64,000 bases of DNA from Octopus sinensis (GCF_006345805.1 NC_043009.1:2232001-2296000), one strand, 5' to 3'; shown: positions 1 to 14,460, counted from the stretch's first letter. Program-made: numbers and translations. The notes: generated from the sequence alone by a model not told the origin.

Positions 1-135
1 GTAAGAAAACAACATTAATTCTAATAATAATAATAATAATAACAATCTCGTCAGTGCAATAATTAAAGGAAAACACCCAAAAAGGTATTAACAAAAGAAA
101 ATTTGAAAGAAAAACAAAGAGGCTATAAGTTTAAT

Positions 136-450
136 TATATAGGTTGTACACAGAACCCATTTAAATTGCAATTAAGTAGCCATAAATCATATTTTAATGA
201 CCTTAGGAAAGTAAACTGTACTAGTCTATCAACAAATATTTGGCAACTGTAAAGAGATAGCATAGATTACACAATTTTTTGGAAGATTATTTCTTCTGCT
301 CTTTCTTATAGGATTAGCAACAGAACATGTTTTTTATGCCTAGAAGAATCTTATAAAATTATAAAAATGAATGATTCTCTCTCAAATTCGAGAGATGAGA
401 GTTTTTTTATGTAAACATACGTCTAAATTTCTTTTTATTAACCTTAAATA
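136..450 (+). pseudogene. Decayed Penelope-like element GIY-YIG endonuclease C-terminus
   Basis: Manual translation from 136: YIGCTQNPFKLQLSSHKSYFNDLRKVNCTSLSTNIWQL*RDSIDYTIFWKIISSALSYRISNRTCFLCLEESYKII...(frameshift)CKHTSKFLFINLK*. This shows the YIG motif, CxLC and terminal CxH pattern of PLE endonucleases. One stop and one frameshift; absent from the ORF track. Confidence 0.75.
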
Positions 451-639
451 AGTTTTTCTCCACAAACCCCCTTCCTCATGTTGGTCCTTATTCTAAGTAT
501 TACCTATCCTTAATTCTTCGTATAATACCTCCAGTTTACCTATCTACTACATATATGTATATCGCCATGTATATATGTAACGTGTATATGCAGATGATTG
601 ATTATATATTTCTATATGTTTATTTTATGTAAGTATATA

Positions 640-668
640 TGTATGTATGTGTGCACTTGTATATATAC

Positions 669-749
<81 letters not shown>

Positions 750-907
750 ACATATATATACATATATATGTATTTATGTATGTATATGTTGATGCATATA
801 TATGTGTGTGTATGTGTGTGCGTATATATATGTGTGAATATATAAATATATATTTATGAAGGTGTATATGTAATATATTTATATCTATATGTGTATGTAT
901 ATATGTG

Positions 908-944
<37 letters not shown>

Positions 945-1180
945 CGTGTGTGTGTGTGTATATTTCGTATATTGACGTGTTTTTTTATAATTTATATACG
1001 AATACTTGGGTTTATTTTTTGTTTCAGTTATTATTATTATTATTATTATTATTTTATTATTATTATTATTTATTATTATTATTATTATTATTATTTTTAG
1101 CTTTCTATCTTCATTTTTTCATATACCTATGTGAGTAAACGTTTTGTTTTGCTTTTTCATATATATATATATCTATATAT
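640..1180. repeat. Compound microsatellite tract (TA)n/(TG)n/(TTA)n
   Basis: Direct inspection; source of the YIYI-type ORFs at 598-1138. Confidence 0.95.
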
Positions 1181-1590
1181 ATACTTTGAAAAATGGCATT
1201 CGTAGGATAGTAATATTTTGGTAGAAATACTGATTGTCCCTCTTAGCGTTTGGCAGGTATATATAATGCCTCCTGGCATGTATGTAAATTATGCCCTCTA
1301 TATATAAATTAATATGTTTTCATAAGAAATAATTATTTTCGATTTTTTTCTCTTATGAGGTTTTTACGCTATCTACCTACAATTTCTTGTTAAGTTTTCC
1401 TTATTAAGTAGTTGTCCTTATTGCAAAATTTTTATTCCGAAAAAACTTTTCCTCTCCCGAAATGCAATTTTGTAAAGTTTTGCCATTCACACCCGCATGT
1501 ATATATATAAACTCACCCATGTGCTTCGTTGATGTTGATCATTAGCTGTTCGGCTTAAGCGAGGCAGGTCGTTGTTATTTATATACATTC

Positions 1591-1635
1591 AGGCCTCTGA
1601 TGATTACGTAGTATGAACCACTGTGATACAGGCCT
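1591..1635 (+). ncRNA. Second, degenerate copy of the hammerhead motif
   Basis: aggcct-CTGATGA-ttacgtagtat-GAAC-cactgtgata-caggcct: same layout, with GAAA changed to GAAC and 1-nt losses. Confidence 0.55.
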
Positions 1636-2073
1636 ATATATTTTTAAATGTCTTACTTTGAAAAATTGCATTCGTAGGATTAGTAATATTTTTGTTGGTA
1701 GAAATGACTGATTGTCCCTCTTAGCTTTTGGCAGTATATAAATGCCTCCTGGCATGTATGTATAATTATGCCCTATATATAAATTAATATGTTCAATAAG
1801 AAAATTATTTTCGAAATTTTTTCTCTTATGAGGTTTTTATACGCTATCTACCTGACAATTTCTTGTTAAGTTTTCCTTATTAAGTAGTTGTCCTATTGCA
1901 AAATTTTTATTCCGAAAAAACTTTTCCTCTCCCGAAATGCAATTTTGTAAAAGTTTGCCATTCACCCGGATGTAATTATATAAACTCAAAACCACCCATG
2001 TTGCTTCTTGATGTGATCAGTTTAGCTGTTCGGCTTAAGCGAGGCAGGGTCGTTTGTTTATTATAATACATTC

Positions 2074-2121
2074 AGGCCTGCTGATGATTACGTAAGTATG
2101 AAATCACTGTGATACAGGCCT
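2074..2121 (+). ncRNA. Minimal type I hammerhead ribozyme motif
   Basis: Helix I AGGCCTG(2074-80)/CAGGCCT(2115-21); core CTGATGA (2081-87); helix II TAC-GTAA-GTA; GAAA (2100-03); near-palindromic helix III ATCAC-T-GTGAT; cleavage triplet ATA, predicted cut 2114/2115. The base pair closing helix II is T-T instead of G-C. Confidence 0.75.
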
Positions 2122-2385
2122 ATATATATTTTTAAATGTCTTACTTTGAAAATTGCATTCGGTAGGATTAGTAATATTTTTGGAGAAATGACTGATTGTC
2201 CCTCTTAGCGTTTGGCAGGTATATATAATGCCTCCTGGCATGTATGTTAATTATCCCCTTATATAAATTAATATGTTCAATAAGAATAATTATTTTCGAA
2301 ATTTTTTCTCTTATGAGGTTTTTCGCTTCTACCTGACAATTCTGTTAAGTTTTCCTTATAAGTAGTTGTCCTTAATTGCAAAATT

Positions 2386-2418
<33 letters not shown>

Positions 2419-3088
2419 TCAATATAGCTTGTGTGTGTGTGTGTGTAGTTGTATACATGTGTATTTACTGTAAATTATTAATAATATAATAATTTACCAT
2501 TGTTTTATTATTTTCTTTGTATTCAAATGTATATGCGTGTAGGTGTCTATAGCTTTTATGTAAGAGAGCGTGCATTTATACATGTTAGATACGTGTGTTG
2601 ACCTTTTGTTTACACTTATTGTGTCTCGGATTTTCCTACTTATATTTAAAAATATCCGTTGGCCAATACAGTTATAGTTTCTTACACCGATAGATTCGAA
2701 GCTACATTAACATGCTCCTATATCTCTTCCTTTTCTCCCATTTTACAATTTATTTACAAATATCCAGTCGGCTTCTCCGACACAGCCTCTTTGTTTTCCT
2801 TGTAATTTTCTTTTGTTAATACCTTTTTTGATGTTTTTCTTTAATTTTTTGCACTGACGGGAATGGTAATGCATAACTATTTAAATTATTATTATTAGAA
2901 TTAATGTCTTTTCTTACATGCTGGTATTACTATTTGAAACGGTCGTAAGTTGAAATTAAATTCTATTTGAACTTTTGAAGTCTTCTCTTCTCCATTTTTC
3001 TAATTGTTAGTGGTATTTGATGTATCAGATTTTATCTTATACATGCCTATATATATTATATATATTATATATATATATATATACTTAT

Positions 3089-3135
<47 letters not shown>

Positions 3136-3167
3136 TATATATATATATAAACAACTTATAAAAAAAT

Positions 3168-3292
3168 TTGGCATTAGAAATTTTTTTCGTTTGCCCTTAT
3201 CTATAAGTTGTTTATAAATTAACCTTTAAAGGTACTTTTTAATATGCTGGCCATTGATAATTGTTTTTTTCGAAAAAAAATTTATCCTACAT

Positions 3293-3298
<6 letters not shown>
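3168..3298 (-). repeat. Dispersed repeat related to the foldback element at 58.6-59.0 kb
   Basis: Reverse complement (...atggccagcatattaaaaa-tacctttaa-ggttaa...gggcaaa-gaaaaaa--ttctaatgccaa) aligns by eye to 58621-58772. Confidence 0.7.
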
Positions 3299-3356
<58 letters not shown>

Positions 3357-3357
<1 letters not shown>

Positions 3358-3480
3358 GACGGGTTTCATTCAGGTTCCGGCTACCAATCCACTCAGAAAG
3401 TTTTGGTCGGCCCAAGGTGCAATGTAGTGACACTGAACTCGAAACCATGTGGTTGAAAAGCAAGCTTCTTTTCATGCAGC
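3357..3480 (-). mobile_element. tRNA-derived SINE type A, 5' half
   Basis: Reverse complement resembles the head of the copies at 5114 and 28911 and runs into the (TA)n tract those copies carry internally. Confidence 0.6.
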
Positions 3481-3520
3481 TTCTCTCTCGCCTTAATCTC
3501 TCTCTCTCTCTCTCTCTTTC

Positions 3521-3606
<86 letters not shown>

Positions 3607-4164
3607 AATCTATCTGTCTATCTATCTATATAAATGTATGCATATATATATATGTGTGTGTGTGTGTTTGTGTGTGTTGTGTGTATGTATGCATGTATGT
3701 ATAAATTTACTCAGATATGAACTGGTATGCTAGAAAGCATGTGCAGAAAGCTCCGACAAAATAACTACCAACGCAATTGTGAAGGGCATGTGGTGCCCGT
3801 ACCTGGCTGCATTTATTTACATTTTAAGCTACGACAACGAACCAATGACAATGTTTCACGCAAATAAATCCCAGCAACTATCGAAAAATGTGTGTGCGTT
3901 TACATTTGGAAGTATTCTCTTTCCACATTACTTTTCCAAACAATGCTTCTAACTTACACAAAGCTTGTTTGTCTTGTCGATATATATTACTTGAGAAACC
4001 TCCAGGGAATACATATTCATATGTATTAAAGCAAAATTTCTCAATACCGGTGGAAAATGTGAATGAAAAATATATCTCCAGAGGTCGTTAGGGGTTTCTT
4101 CGGTACATGTTTACATGCATTATACGGTTACATTGAATATAATCCTTAAGAATGCTATGCAATA

Positions 4165-4195
<31 letters not shown>

Positions 4196-4239
4196 GAGTA
4201 TATGAGTATATGAGTGTATGCATGGGTTAATATTATGTA

Positions 4240-4306
<67 letters not shown>

Positions 4307-5113
4307 GTGTATGTGTATGTTTGTCTTCAGCTTTTCTTTGTTTAGGATCAATACATGGAACTTTGTGTGTATATTGTGCATGTTTATTCAAATTTTTCGT
4401 ATACTGTCTTGCCGATACCCGATGCCAACTAGAACATGAATAATATGAAGTCAATTTTTTTTCTTGATTCTCTTTCACCTTGGTTACTTTTCGTCAAAAT
4501 ACCTTTACTTTTCTCTAAAATTTAAAATTTTAACGTAAGAAGCCCCATTCTCTTTCGTCAGAAAATATAAAACGTACACAACACACAGATATTCCCATGC
4601 AAATATAGAGAGCGAAACACACACTCCCACAGATAAACGTATGCATGTATCATTTTATTTCGTTCTGCCTTAATAAATACTGGGCTTCTTTTTCTTTTAT
4701 TTCTAGTTTGCAGATGAGTTAAAATCATAGATTTTAAACGCAAAAGGTTGTTTGGGTGTCAGGTAAAATGCCACACGGTCTATCATTCAACGCTGCATGT
4801 TCCCAGTTCAAATGACTCTGAGGCCAGTAGTGTTTCATTTTTATTTTCTTTCATTTTTTTACTCTGTTCTCGATAAAATATTGTGACACTCAAGGAGTGC
4901 GATTGATATCTTTCATTTTTCTTGCCATCAAAATCCTAAAGTTGCTCCAGCTTACGAAATTATACACACACGCAGGTACGCACCCGAGCAAACACACACA
5001 CACACACGAACAGAGTCAAATATACATTAATATAATGAGATCAAATCGGTCGTGGTCAACTGCTGGTTAGCCTATACAAGATTTGTAAATAATCGCTCGA
5101 TATAAACTTATTA

Positions 5114-5521
5114 GCGTAGGAGTGGTTGCGTGGTAAGTAGCTTGCTTACCAACCACATGGTTCCAGTTTCAATCACACTGCGTGGCACCTGGGGCAAGTG
5201 TCTTCTACTATAGCCACGGGCCGACCAAAGCCTTGTGAGTGGCTTTGGTAATCGGAAACTGAAAGAAAACTGTCGTATATATGTAAATATATATATGTGT
5301 GTGTGTGTATGTTTGTGCGTCTGTGTTTGTCCCCACAACATCGCTTGACAACCGATGCTGGTGTGTTTACGTCCCCGTAAATTAGCGGTTCGGCAAAAGA
5401 CACCGATAGAATAAGTACTAGGCTTACAAAGAATAAGTACTGGGGTCGATTTGCTCTACTAAAGGCGGTGCTCCAGCATGGCCGCAGTCAAATGACTGAA
5501 ACAACTAAAAGAGTAAAAGAG
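5114..5521 (+). mobile_element. tRNA-derived SINE type A (bipartite, internal TA/TG microsatellite)
   Basis: tRNA-like head gcgtaggagtggttgcgtggtaag...; tail ...aaaggcggtgctccagcatggccgcagtcaaatgactgaaac-(aaaagagt)n; homologous copies at 20569, 28911 and 39161. Confidence 0.85.
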
Positions 5522-5917
5522 TAACGTTTGAATATCGCTTGAGATACAAACAAACGAAATGTCGTGCATCTTGATCATTTAATATTTCAAGAAAGAATTG
5601 AAAAATAATGGCGAATTGATGGGAACCCGATGTTAATGGCTTTACATTGTGATCGGTAGTCTACATTTATATTCTGTCAAGATGTATTTCTTGAAATGCA
5701 GGTATACAGAAGAAAATCTCTGGGTACTCAAGTTTTTTCAGAAATATTGTTTTTCCAGTGAACATAATGAAAAAGATTTTGACCGTTAATAGGGTCTGGT
5801 TTTGGAGGCGATTTTCGATTCGTGTCTAAAGCTGTTCTCTTTATCATTAAGTTTCCACCAGATTTTACATACATGCGTACGTACAAACATTCATATATAC
5901 ATGTATGCATACATACA

Positions 5918-5948
<31 letters not shown>

Positions 5949-6293
5949 ATATATATATATATACATATATACATTGCATACATGCATACATATATATGTG
6001 TTTTTATATAAATATGTGTAAATGTCAATAGTTGAGGAAAAGTTTACAAGATTCTTTTCCTCATATATTCGTTTTCATAGGATACGTTGTTGAGCCATAG
6101 TGATGTTTATCATTGAGTGTGAGATAAACACCACCCATGATTCTTATATATAATAATATATATATATACTGGTAGTGAACATAGGGTAGTCAGAACAGAG
6201 TTTCACACTGTTGACAAACCCGATACAAAACATCAAACAGAAACCTTCCTGCAACTGAATCTAATTAATTCTGTTTTACCATTTTCCCTATAG

Positions 6294-6397
6294 ACATAGA
6301 TGTGCAGATAATCAAGGGTGGACGGCGATTCATTCGAACTCTCTCGCCCGAGAAAGTACTCAAGATATATGAACAATACAGCGATTCCAACAACTAA
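6294..6397 (+). CDS. Possible terminal coding exon of an unidentified gene
   Basis: Polypyrimidine acceptor ttttaccattttccctatAG (6293), then IDVQIIKGGRRFIRTLSPEKVLKIYEQYSDSNN* in non-repetitive DNA. No recognisable family. Confidence 0.2.
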
Positions 6398-7556
6398 TCT
6401 CAAATACACTAAAAGGAAATTAACACTTTCGATGTCTTGAAGTGAAAGTGGGCTCCAGGTTTTAGTGTATCTTTCTTCATTGTTGCAAGTGTAATTACCA
6501 TACATAGCTTTCATTTTATTTCCTAAATATGTGAAAGCTTGTTTACTTTCTGTTCCCGTATAATTTATTATAAATTGCGTAAGACTTCTTCAGTTTCAAT
6601 TGATAACAATTCTATTTCAATTTACGCAATTTAGTGTTTCAGGTAAATATCAGGAAAAAGGTCATTGCAACCGTAGTTTCCTAGATATGTCATTGCATCT
6701 TATTATTAGTTTCTATGCATGTAGATCGGATCGCCTGAAAATGGAAACAAATTATCGAAAAACAGTTGCACGTTGAGTCAACCAGAGATTCTTAAACTTA
6801 TACAGGACCTGCTAGGGATAAGCAACTTCCAAATGCAAATCACATTCTACCATCTGACAAAAAGATATATATATATATAGCAATAATAAATCTCTGAACG
6901 AGATGTAAACAGTAACCGCTCGACAATGTAACGCATAATATGGCTAACAATGTAAAGCATAATATGGCTAACCACAAAGGGTGGGTGTTACTGTAGCTTT
7001 TAGCCCCAGGTGATCATCGTCTCCAGCTGGCTTTAGGCACACTATCTGTGTCCTTATGGTATTTGCAAAGGGAGGTCATCCCTCTCTCGAAATCAAAATA
7101 GGCAACAAAGATATCAAGAGGTAATGCAGTACGATCGTTTCATGCGACTCCATTTTATTGATATCCTTGTTGTTTATATAGATTATATGCAACATATGTA
7201 TTATATGGATAATACCATACTAAATTCTGGTGCCTTCAACTTAAGTACCATATTGATCTGAATCTAAATTTTACTTTTATATATATATATATATATATGT
7301 TTGATTTTGTGTGAATTTATAACGAACATCAAATGCACATTAAAGCCAAAAGATTAGACCATACTTTAATAAATATTTATTAATTTCAGTAATTTTCTAG
7401 ATTAAATTTTCGAAACTAAACATTGACATGATATCGCTATCAGACTTGTCCTGTCTAAAATACCTATGTATGCAATAATGTCTGTATGCATGCATGTATG
7501 TATGTTTTTGCGTATTTGTGCGTATGTGTATGTATGTATGTATATGTGTATGTATG

Positions 7557-7600
<44 letters not shown>

Positions 7601-8451
7601 GATGTATGAATATATATGTGTATGTGTGTTTATGTTTGCATGTATGTGTGTATGTATATGAGTACATGATACATACAAACACACACACACACATACACAC
7701 ACATATATATATGTGTGTGTGTGTGTTTTTGTGTGTGTCTGTGCGTGAGGATATTTATGTATGTGTACAAACATACAACTCGTTTTCTTTGTTCTTCCTC
7801 CGACTATTTCCCTTTGACTATACCTTCATTCAGAAGAAGAGGGTATACGCGAAATATTTTCCGTCAGCATTTTCCTATTTCCTGTGCATAAACTTAATAC
7901 ACTCTGTCTTTTAGGACTTCCCTTTATTTTATATATTTTAAAAAAACATATAACGATAGCCGTTATTAAAATTTTTGTATAATTTTGACGCGTGTAACAT
8001 GCTTTAGAAACGATTCTAGAACTGGATCTAGTGGAAATATCCAGGAGTGGCAACTGTGGAAGGAACCAATTTCGCCAACGCTCAGCCGGTAGTGACTCAT
8101 GAAATATAAATATTGAGCTGTTCCCAAGAATACAATGCACCACGTATTGAAAGCTCAACTTCATAGCCATAAACTAACAACATAACTATGTTTCTATGTA
8201 CGCATGCGTGTATGTATGTATGTATGTATGAATGTATGTATGTATGTATGTATGTATGTATGTATGTATGTATGAATGTATGTATTATGGATGCATGTAT
8301 GTAAATGTATATATATCTACACACACATGCACACACAGATATATGTGTGTGTATATATATATATATATATATACATATACATACATATATGTATAGATGT
8401 ATACATATACATATATACGTATTATATATCTATATATATATATATATACGT

Positions 8452-8520
<69 letters not shown>

Positions 8521-8676
8521 ATATACATACACACATATATATATATCTATATACTAACATATTTAACGATGGTATTCATTTTTTTTAGATGTAATAGCAG
8601 TTTCGTATATCATTGTTTATTTTAGACACAAAAATAATCTTCATACCTTCAGGGTATGAAGAAAATTACATTGGGA

Positions 8677-8712
<36 letters not shown>

Positions 8713-9455
8713 TCTTCTTCTTCTTCTTCTTCTTCTTCCCTGTCACATCCAGAAACGCACTTATACAGATATTCACACATACTCACACACACTCTTTTAT
8801 ACACACATGTACAGACACACACATGTGGATATAAAAACATGAATTTTCAAAATATGTTCTTGACTGTGAGAAAATGAGAAACTAAAAAAAATACAAATAC
8901 TTAATTACTTTCTAATGAAGAATGGAAATGACTCCGGGGTATTGAGTGGAATTTACTCTTCTATTTTTTTAACCATTAGTTGTTGGTTCCCTTATTTTGG
9001 CTGCGTTATTCTATGTTTATATACTTTCAAAATTCTTAGATATAACTTATTTTTCAGAAATTTTGTACCCATTCTGAATAAAATCGTCAGTAGATAAATA
9101 AATACATAAATAAATAAAAAAAGAAATACGATAACGGCAACACTTAGTGATTTGTGACGCCACATCGAACATTCTAGTTTCCTATTAATATATTTTGATG
9201 GTAATTGCAGAAATAGTTGCCAAAATAATGGTGAACATTTGATATTATTAGGGATGAGGGACAAATAAATAATGAAAATTTCTACGTAAATTTGAAGGGA
9301 TTTGGATGCTTATCCTAATCCTCCCCAAGTCCTCCTCCTCCTCCTCCTCCTCCTCCTCCTCCTCCTCCTTCTTCTTCTTTCCAGTAAACACATATCTAAA
9401 AGTTTCTTCCTCTAAATACATTTACTTACATATACACAATTATACTTATATTACG

Positions 9456-9516
<61 letters not shown>

Positions 9517-9629
9517 AAATATATTTAGCTATACGCGTATACATACGTATATGTAAATATATCTGCAGTCATATGTGTATAGGTGTATACATATACATAC
9601 ATATATATAATTATATATATATATCCGTA

Positions 9630-9676
<47 letters not shown>

Positions 9677-10858
9677 TTCAAATATATATATGCACATATA
9701 TAAATATATATAAATATTATATATACGTGCATGTATATATATATATGTATATATGTAGCTGTTATTTGACCCAGGACCATAATATGTCAACGTAACTCAA
9801 GGAAAATTAAGAATGTCAAATTCGCAACGGAAATGGATTCTGCAGAATTTTACCATGATAGGAATTCCTAACAGAAAGGGGGATTGAAAATGATTGTGTA
9901 TGTTTGTGTGTGTGTGTGTGTCTATAATAAATAACAAATACCACAAGTGTATCAAAGAAAAGCGAAGCCAATTTCAACCAAAACAAAAGAGAAAAAGACA
10001 AGGATCGGATGTGAGGGAAACATGTCAACGTAACCTTGAGTATAAAATAACAATTTGTATGTGACATGAAGTGTGAATATAAGGGGAAGAATCAAAATTT
10101 AAGAAATCACAAGATAATAAACGAACAAATATCAAGGAACAAAGTGTCAAATCAGCTTACCATATCACGCCAGTGTTGACGATATTGTAAGAAAAAAGAC
10201 CAGTTTCGTTGATTCTCTGATTCTCAGATAAAAACGGTGGAAATCACATTATGTTGTAGAGAGAGATACGGGACGGCATCTATTTGAAGCAAGTAAGTAG
10301 GTAGATACGGAAAGCGAAGGCTTATGGGGAAAAGGAACATACAAGAAACAAAGGGACAAAATAAACATATAACAGAATCGTTTAACAAATCATGGTCAAT
10401 AAATTGTTGAGTTAACTAAGCAAAAACTAGCATTTATCTGAAGATAAACAAAAAATTGATTTCGTCTCCACCTACAATCACTGGATTTAAATGTGTATTT
10501 TCCTTATTGGTACAAGCATGAACGAGTGTTGGAAAAGGGTTTAATCAATGCAATTAGATGCTGTGTGTTTACTAGAAGAGGTTTTGTCGGCATTGGGGTG
10601 TGTATGAAAGGAAGAGTTCGATACAATGGGATGCGAGTCGTATTGCAGTATCGAATTTCGTTTGTCGGTCCACCATTGCCATGGCATTTTGCCATCTGCA
10701 TGACTCACATGCATACAATGAATATGTAACTCTATTTCAAAATATATATATATATATAACTGTGTGTTTGTGTGTGTGCATATGTGCCTGCATATCTGTG
10801 TACGTGTGTGGGTGTATATAGATATAGTTGAATGTATACATATATTTGCAGTTATGTA

Positions 10859-10895
<37 letters not shown>

Positions 10896-10935
10896 TTTTA
10901 GGAGATATGCCTTGTCTATGTGCAAATGAATTAAT

Positions 10936-11006
<71 letters not shown>

Positions 11007-11935
11007 CGTTTTTGTATTTGGTTTACAAGATGAGAGTTCGTGTGTTGAAGCATATTTTGTTGTGTCTCGGGAGAGTCATTCTCTTTTAGTGCCGTATTTA
11101 TTTTACACTAACCAGTCTGATTTCCACTCATTTACTTGGTTATTTTTACTAAAATGTTCGTTGCCTCTTGCATCCATTTCAATAGAATCGACGACCATTG
11201 AAAAGCTTGCAACACGCAACGAAAATTTCACTAAAGATAAATAAGGGAATGAGTGGAAGTGCCATCGGTAAGTGTGTTTCATTAATAAGGCACGAAAAGA
11301 GAAACAATAATACTACTCAGTGCGACTGAGGTAGACAAATGTTCGAGACCCAGTGGGGATTTCCTATATGATAAAAGAAAAAACAATGTTATACAACAAA
11401 GTTCTCACTATCTCTTAAAAAAACAAGTGCCTACCTTGCAGTCACGCCCCTTGTTTGTTTTAGTGATTTGACTGCTGCCATTCTGGAGCACCGTCTGCCT
11501 TTATATATATATTATATGTTATATATATGTGAATTTTTTCTAAATTTTCTACCCTTTAAATTTCACAGTAAAATTTTCATAATTTTAAAGCTTGGTAAGC
11601 AGTTTTGATTTTATTATTTTCTGCTAAGTATATGACTGCGCTTCGGCCGTTGGCTTGAATGCATAAATGTATAAGTATTCAGCATACGTCGAATTTCGGT
11701 GCGTATTTGCAACATAATTATAAATTGTCTTAGGCGATCCCACTGAAGAATTACAGATGACAATTTAATTTATTTGTTCATTAATACAAAAAAAGATTTT
11801 AGGATTAACTGTAAATAATTGTTGCTTTATTCTCTTTGGAATTGCGTTTTTCGTGGTTTAGGGTTGCCTGACCCCTCTAGCATGTAAGGCGTCCTGTAAA
11901 GGGTCGCCTCTTTTGTGTATAATCACTATAGCCTT

Positions 11936-11981
<46 letters not shown>

Positions 11982-12109
11982 AATATATATTCACTTATGC
12001 ATATGTATGTACATATACAAACACATGTACGTATAAAAACACGCGCGCATCCCCACACAGGCACAAGCACAAGCTCACAAAGTCACACACATACCTACAT
12101 GCCTACAGA

Positions 12110-12141
<32 letters not shown>

Positions 12142-13520
12142 GTTGCGCTTTACAGAGAAACAAACGCCGAAGACAGGTGTATGAACAACAAGCACGTGTA
12201 TTAGTTTGACGCTCGTCAATAGAAAGGAATAAAAGAAATTAAACAGAGAGAGAATAAAAAAAAAACTGAATTTAGCGGTTAAATATGGTGACTGGTTGGA
12301 AAAAATAGTTTGGCAAAAGAGGTATAAAGAAGGGGAGATAATCAAGTATTGATGATCCCAAAACGAAGATGAGCATGTGTTTGTGTATGTGAGAATGTGT
12401 AAGTGAGTGTGTGGGGGGATAGGAGCTAGTGACTTTGACGTGTGTGGGTGTGTGGGTGTGAAAGTGTGTGCGTGTGCAATGTGTGGGTATGTGGATGATG
12501 GTGTGTGGTGTGGGTGCTGAGAAGTGGTCGGTGCTAGTGTGTGTGGAGTGATGTGCGGTGGTGCGATGTGGTGTGATGGTGTGTTGTGTGGAGTGTTAAG
12601 ATGTGGAGGTAGGGGAGGCGTAGTGGTAGGGTGTGTGGGGGAGTGGGTGTGTGGTGTGGGTAGAGGGGCGTATCTAGGAAGAGAGAAGATGGGTAGCAGT
12701 GAAGAGAGGAATTTATATGTACATGAATATTCAATTTATAGGAAAGATCCAGGGAAATAACTGCAAGATAGCCAGATGTCACATAAGTGCCCCAGGAATC
12801 AGTAATCACACTTGTGTGGTAGTTACTTCCGGGAAGAAGCGAGACGTATTTTGAAGAAGAGGAAAAATTGAAAATGGAGGCAGACGCTCAAGACGATATT
12901 AAATCATTTATATCTTCATATCATCGACATACGTTTCGATCAACACATTCAAACCCATGATTCGACCCATGATTTTGTGTTGGACGCTCCATAATGAATT
13001 GCGAACTATACATGTGATATTTGTGTAATAACAACATGAAACCTGGAGTATGTGTGGGTTTATATTAGAGAGACATTGTGAGTGTGTTTGTGTGTGTGAA
13101 AGACGGATAGAGAAGGAGGGAGGGAACATTGCAAACATTGAATGAAAACCGTATAAGTGAAATTTCGTTGAAAACTGCCTTGTTTAGCAGCGATCGCATT
13201 GTTATTATTGTAATTCTTATAGCGTTCCAAGCAGCCATACCAACAAAATCATTTCATTGTTAAAAAAATATTATACCGGTATATTAAAGAATTTTCATTT
13301 TATCTAAAATATTCATTTAACAAACTCCGGAAACTGATAATATTCTAGAAATTCTGCCTCGTATTGTGCAAAATCATGCATTCATTCAACACAAACTAAT
13401 TCAAAATTGATTCCGGTATATTAAAAAAAATATTCATATTATCAAAAATATTAATTTAACAAACTCCACAAACTGATAATAGTCTTCAAACTGTGCCTCG
13501 CATCAAAGTAATATCGCGAC

Positions 13521-13853
13521 CCCCTTCGTCACGATACTGACCATGGGATTGCACCTAGAAAGTTACCCTCCTAGTCACAAGTCTGGGCAAGGTGGTTTAT
13601 GGAAGATCAGCAGTCGCCCATGCATACCGGCCTCCCCTCTCCACGCCACCAGTGTTATCCAAAGGAAAGGCAAAGGCCGATAAAGCTTGGCACCCGTGAT
13701 GTCGCAACTCATTTCTACAGCTGAGTTAACTGGAGCAACGTGAAATAAAGTGTCTTGCTCAAGAACGCAACACGCAGCCCGGTCCGGGATTCGAGCTCAT
13801 AACCTCACGATCGTAAGCTCGACGCTATAACGACAGAGCCATGCGTCTTCACG
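13521..13853 (-). mobile_element. tRNA-derived SINE type C
   Basis: Minus strand reads gtgaagacgcatggctc...gagctcgaatccc...cttgagcaagacacttt...ggcgtggagagg...cttccataaac; homologous to 58195-58520. Confidence 0.8.
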
Positions 13854-14225
13854 TAATATATCTATTATCAAATTATCATTAATGAAAATAGCGGAAATAA
13901 GAGACTGTTGCAAATAAAAACGTAAAATGTCGCCTGCAATGAATTAATGTGCTTTACTATTAAACATTAAAATCTTCTCGGCAGTGAATGCAATGAATAT
14001 TTAAATCTATGAAGAATTGGCCATAATGAATGCAATGAACATTTAAATCTGCGAGAATTTGAAGTTAAAAAAACAATCAATAAACTTCAGAAATCGAACT
14101 TATAAGAAATTTCTTAGAACATGAATTAATAAAAATATGTCGAGACATTTAAAATAGTACATTTAATAATTGTTACATACCTAATTAATAAGCAGCTCTC
14201 TCTATTATAGTATAGATACATGTAC

Positions 14226-14460
<235 letters not shown>

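Larger units (their letters stand above)
1181..2388 (+). repeat. ~480-490 bp tandem repeat, 2.5 copies (PLE pseudo-LTR or retrozyme-like)
   Basis: Unit start tactttgaaaa-t-gcattcg recurs at about 1182, 1654 and 2142. Copies differ mostly by 1-nt indels. The third copy is cut off by (TA)n at about 2388. Confidence 0.9.

Noticed and set aside
4704-4752. AG...GT-bounded 49-nt exon-like segment
   Set aside because: Stops in all three frames as given.
6233-6514. Minus-strand 93-aa ORF with GNYTC and a hydrophobic stretch
   Set aside because: No convincing Ig fold or splice context; it overlaps the better-supported plus-strand exon candidate.
10493-10729. Non-repetitive ORFs on both strands (one with CHGNGG...RYCNT)
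   Set aside because: No recognisable domain or consistent splice sites; short ORFs at this length are expected by chance.
12380-12700. G/T-rich tract resembling telomeric or G-quadruplex DNA
   Set aside because: Degenerate (TG)/(TGG) low-complexity sequence with no TTAGGG period.
13270-13505. Two ~136-bp diverged tandem copies; also a 24-bp duplication at 6919-6970
   Set aside because: Ordinary local duplications with no coding or structural signal.
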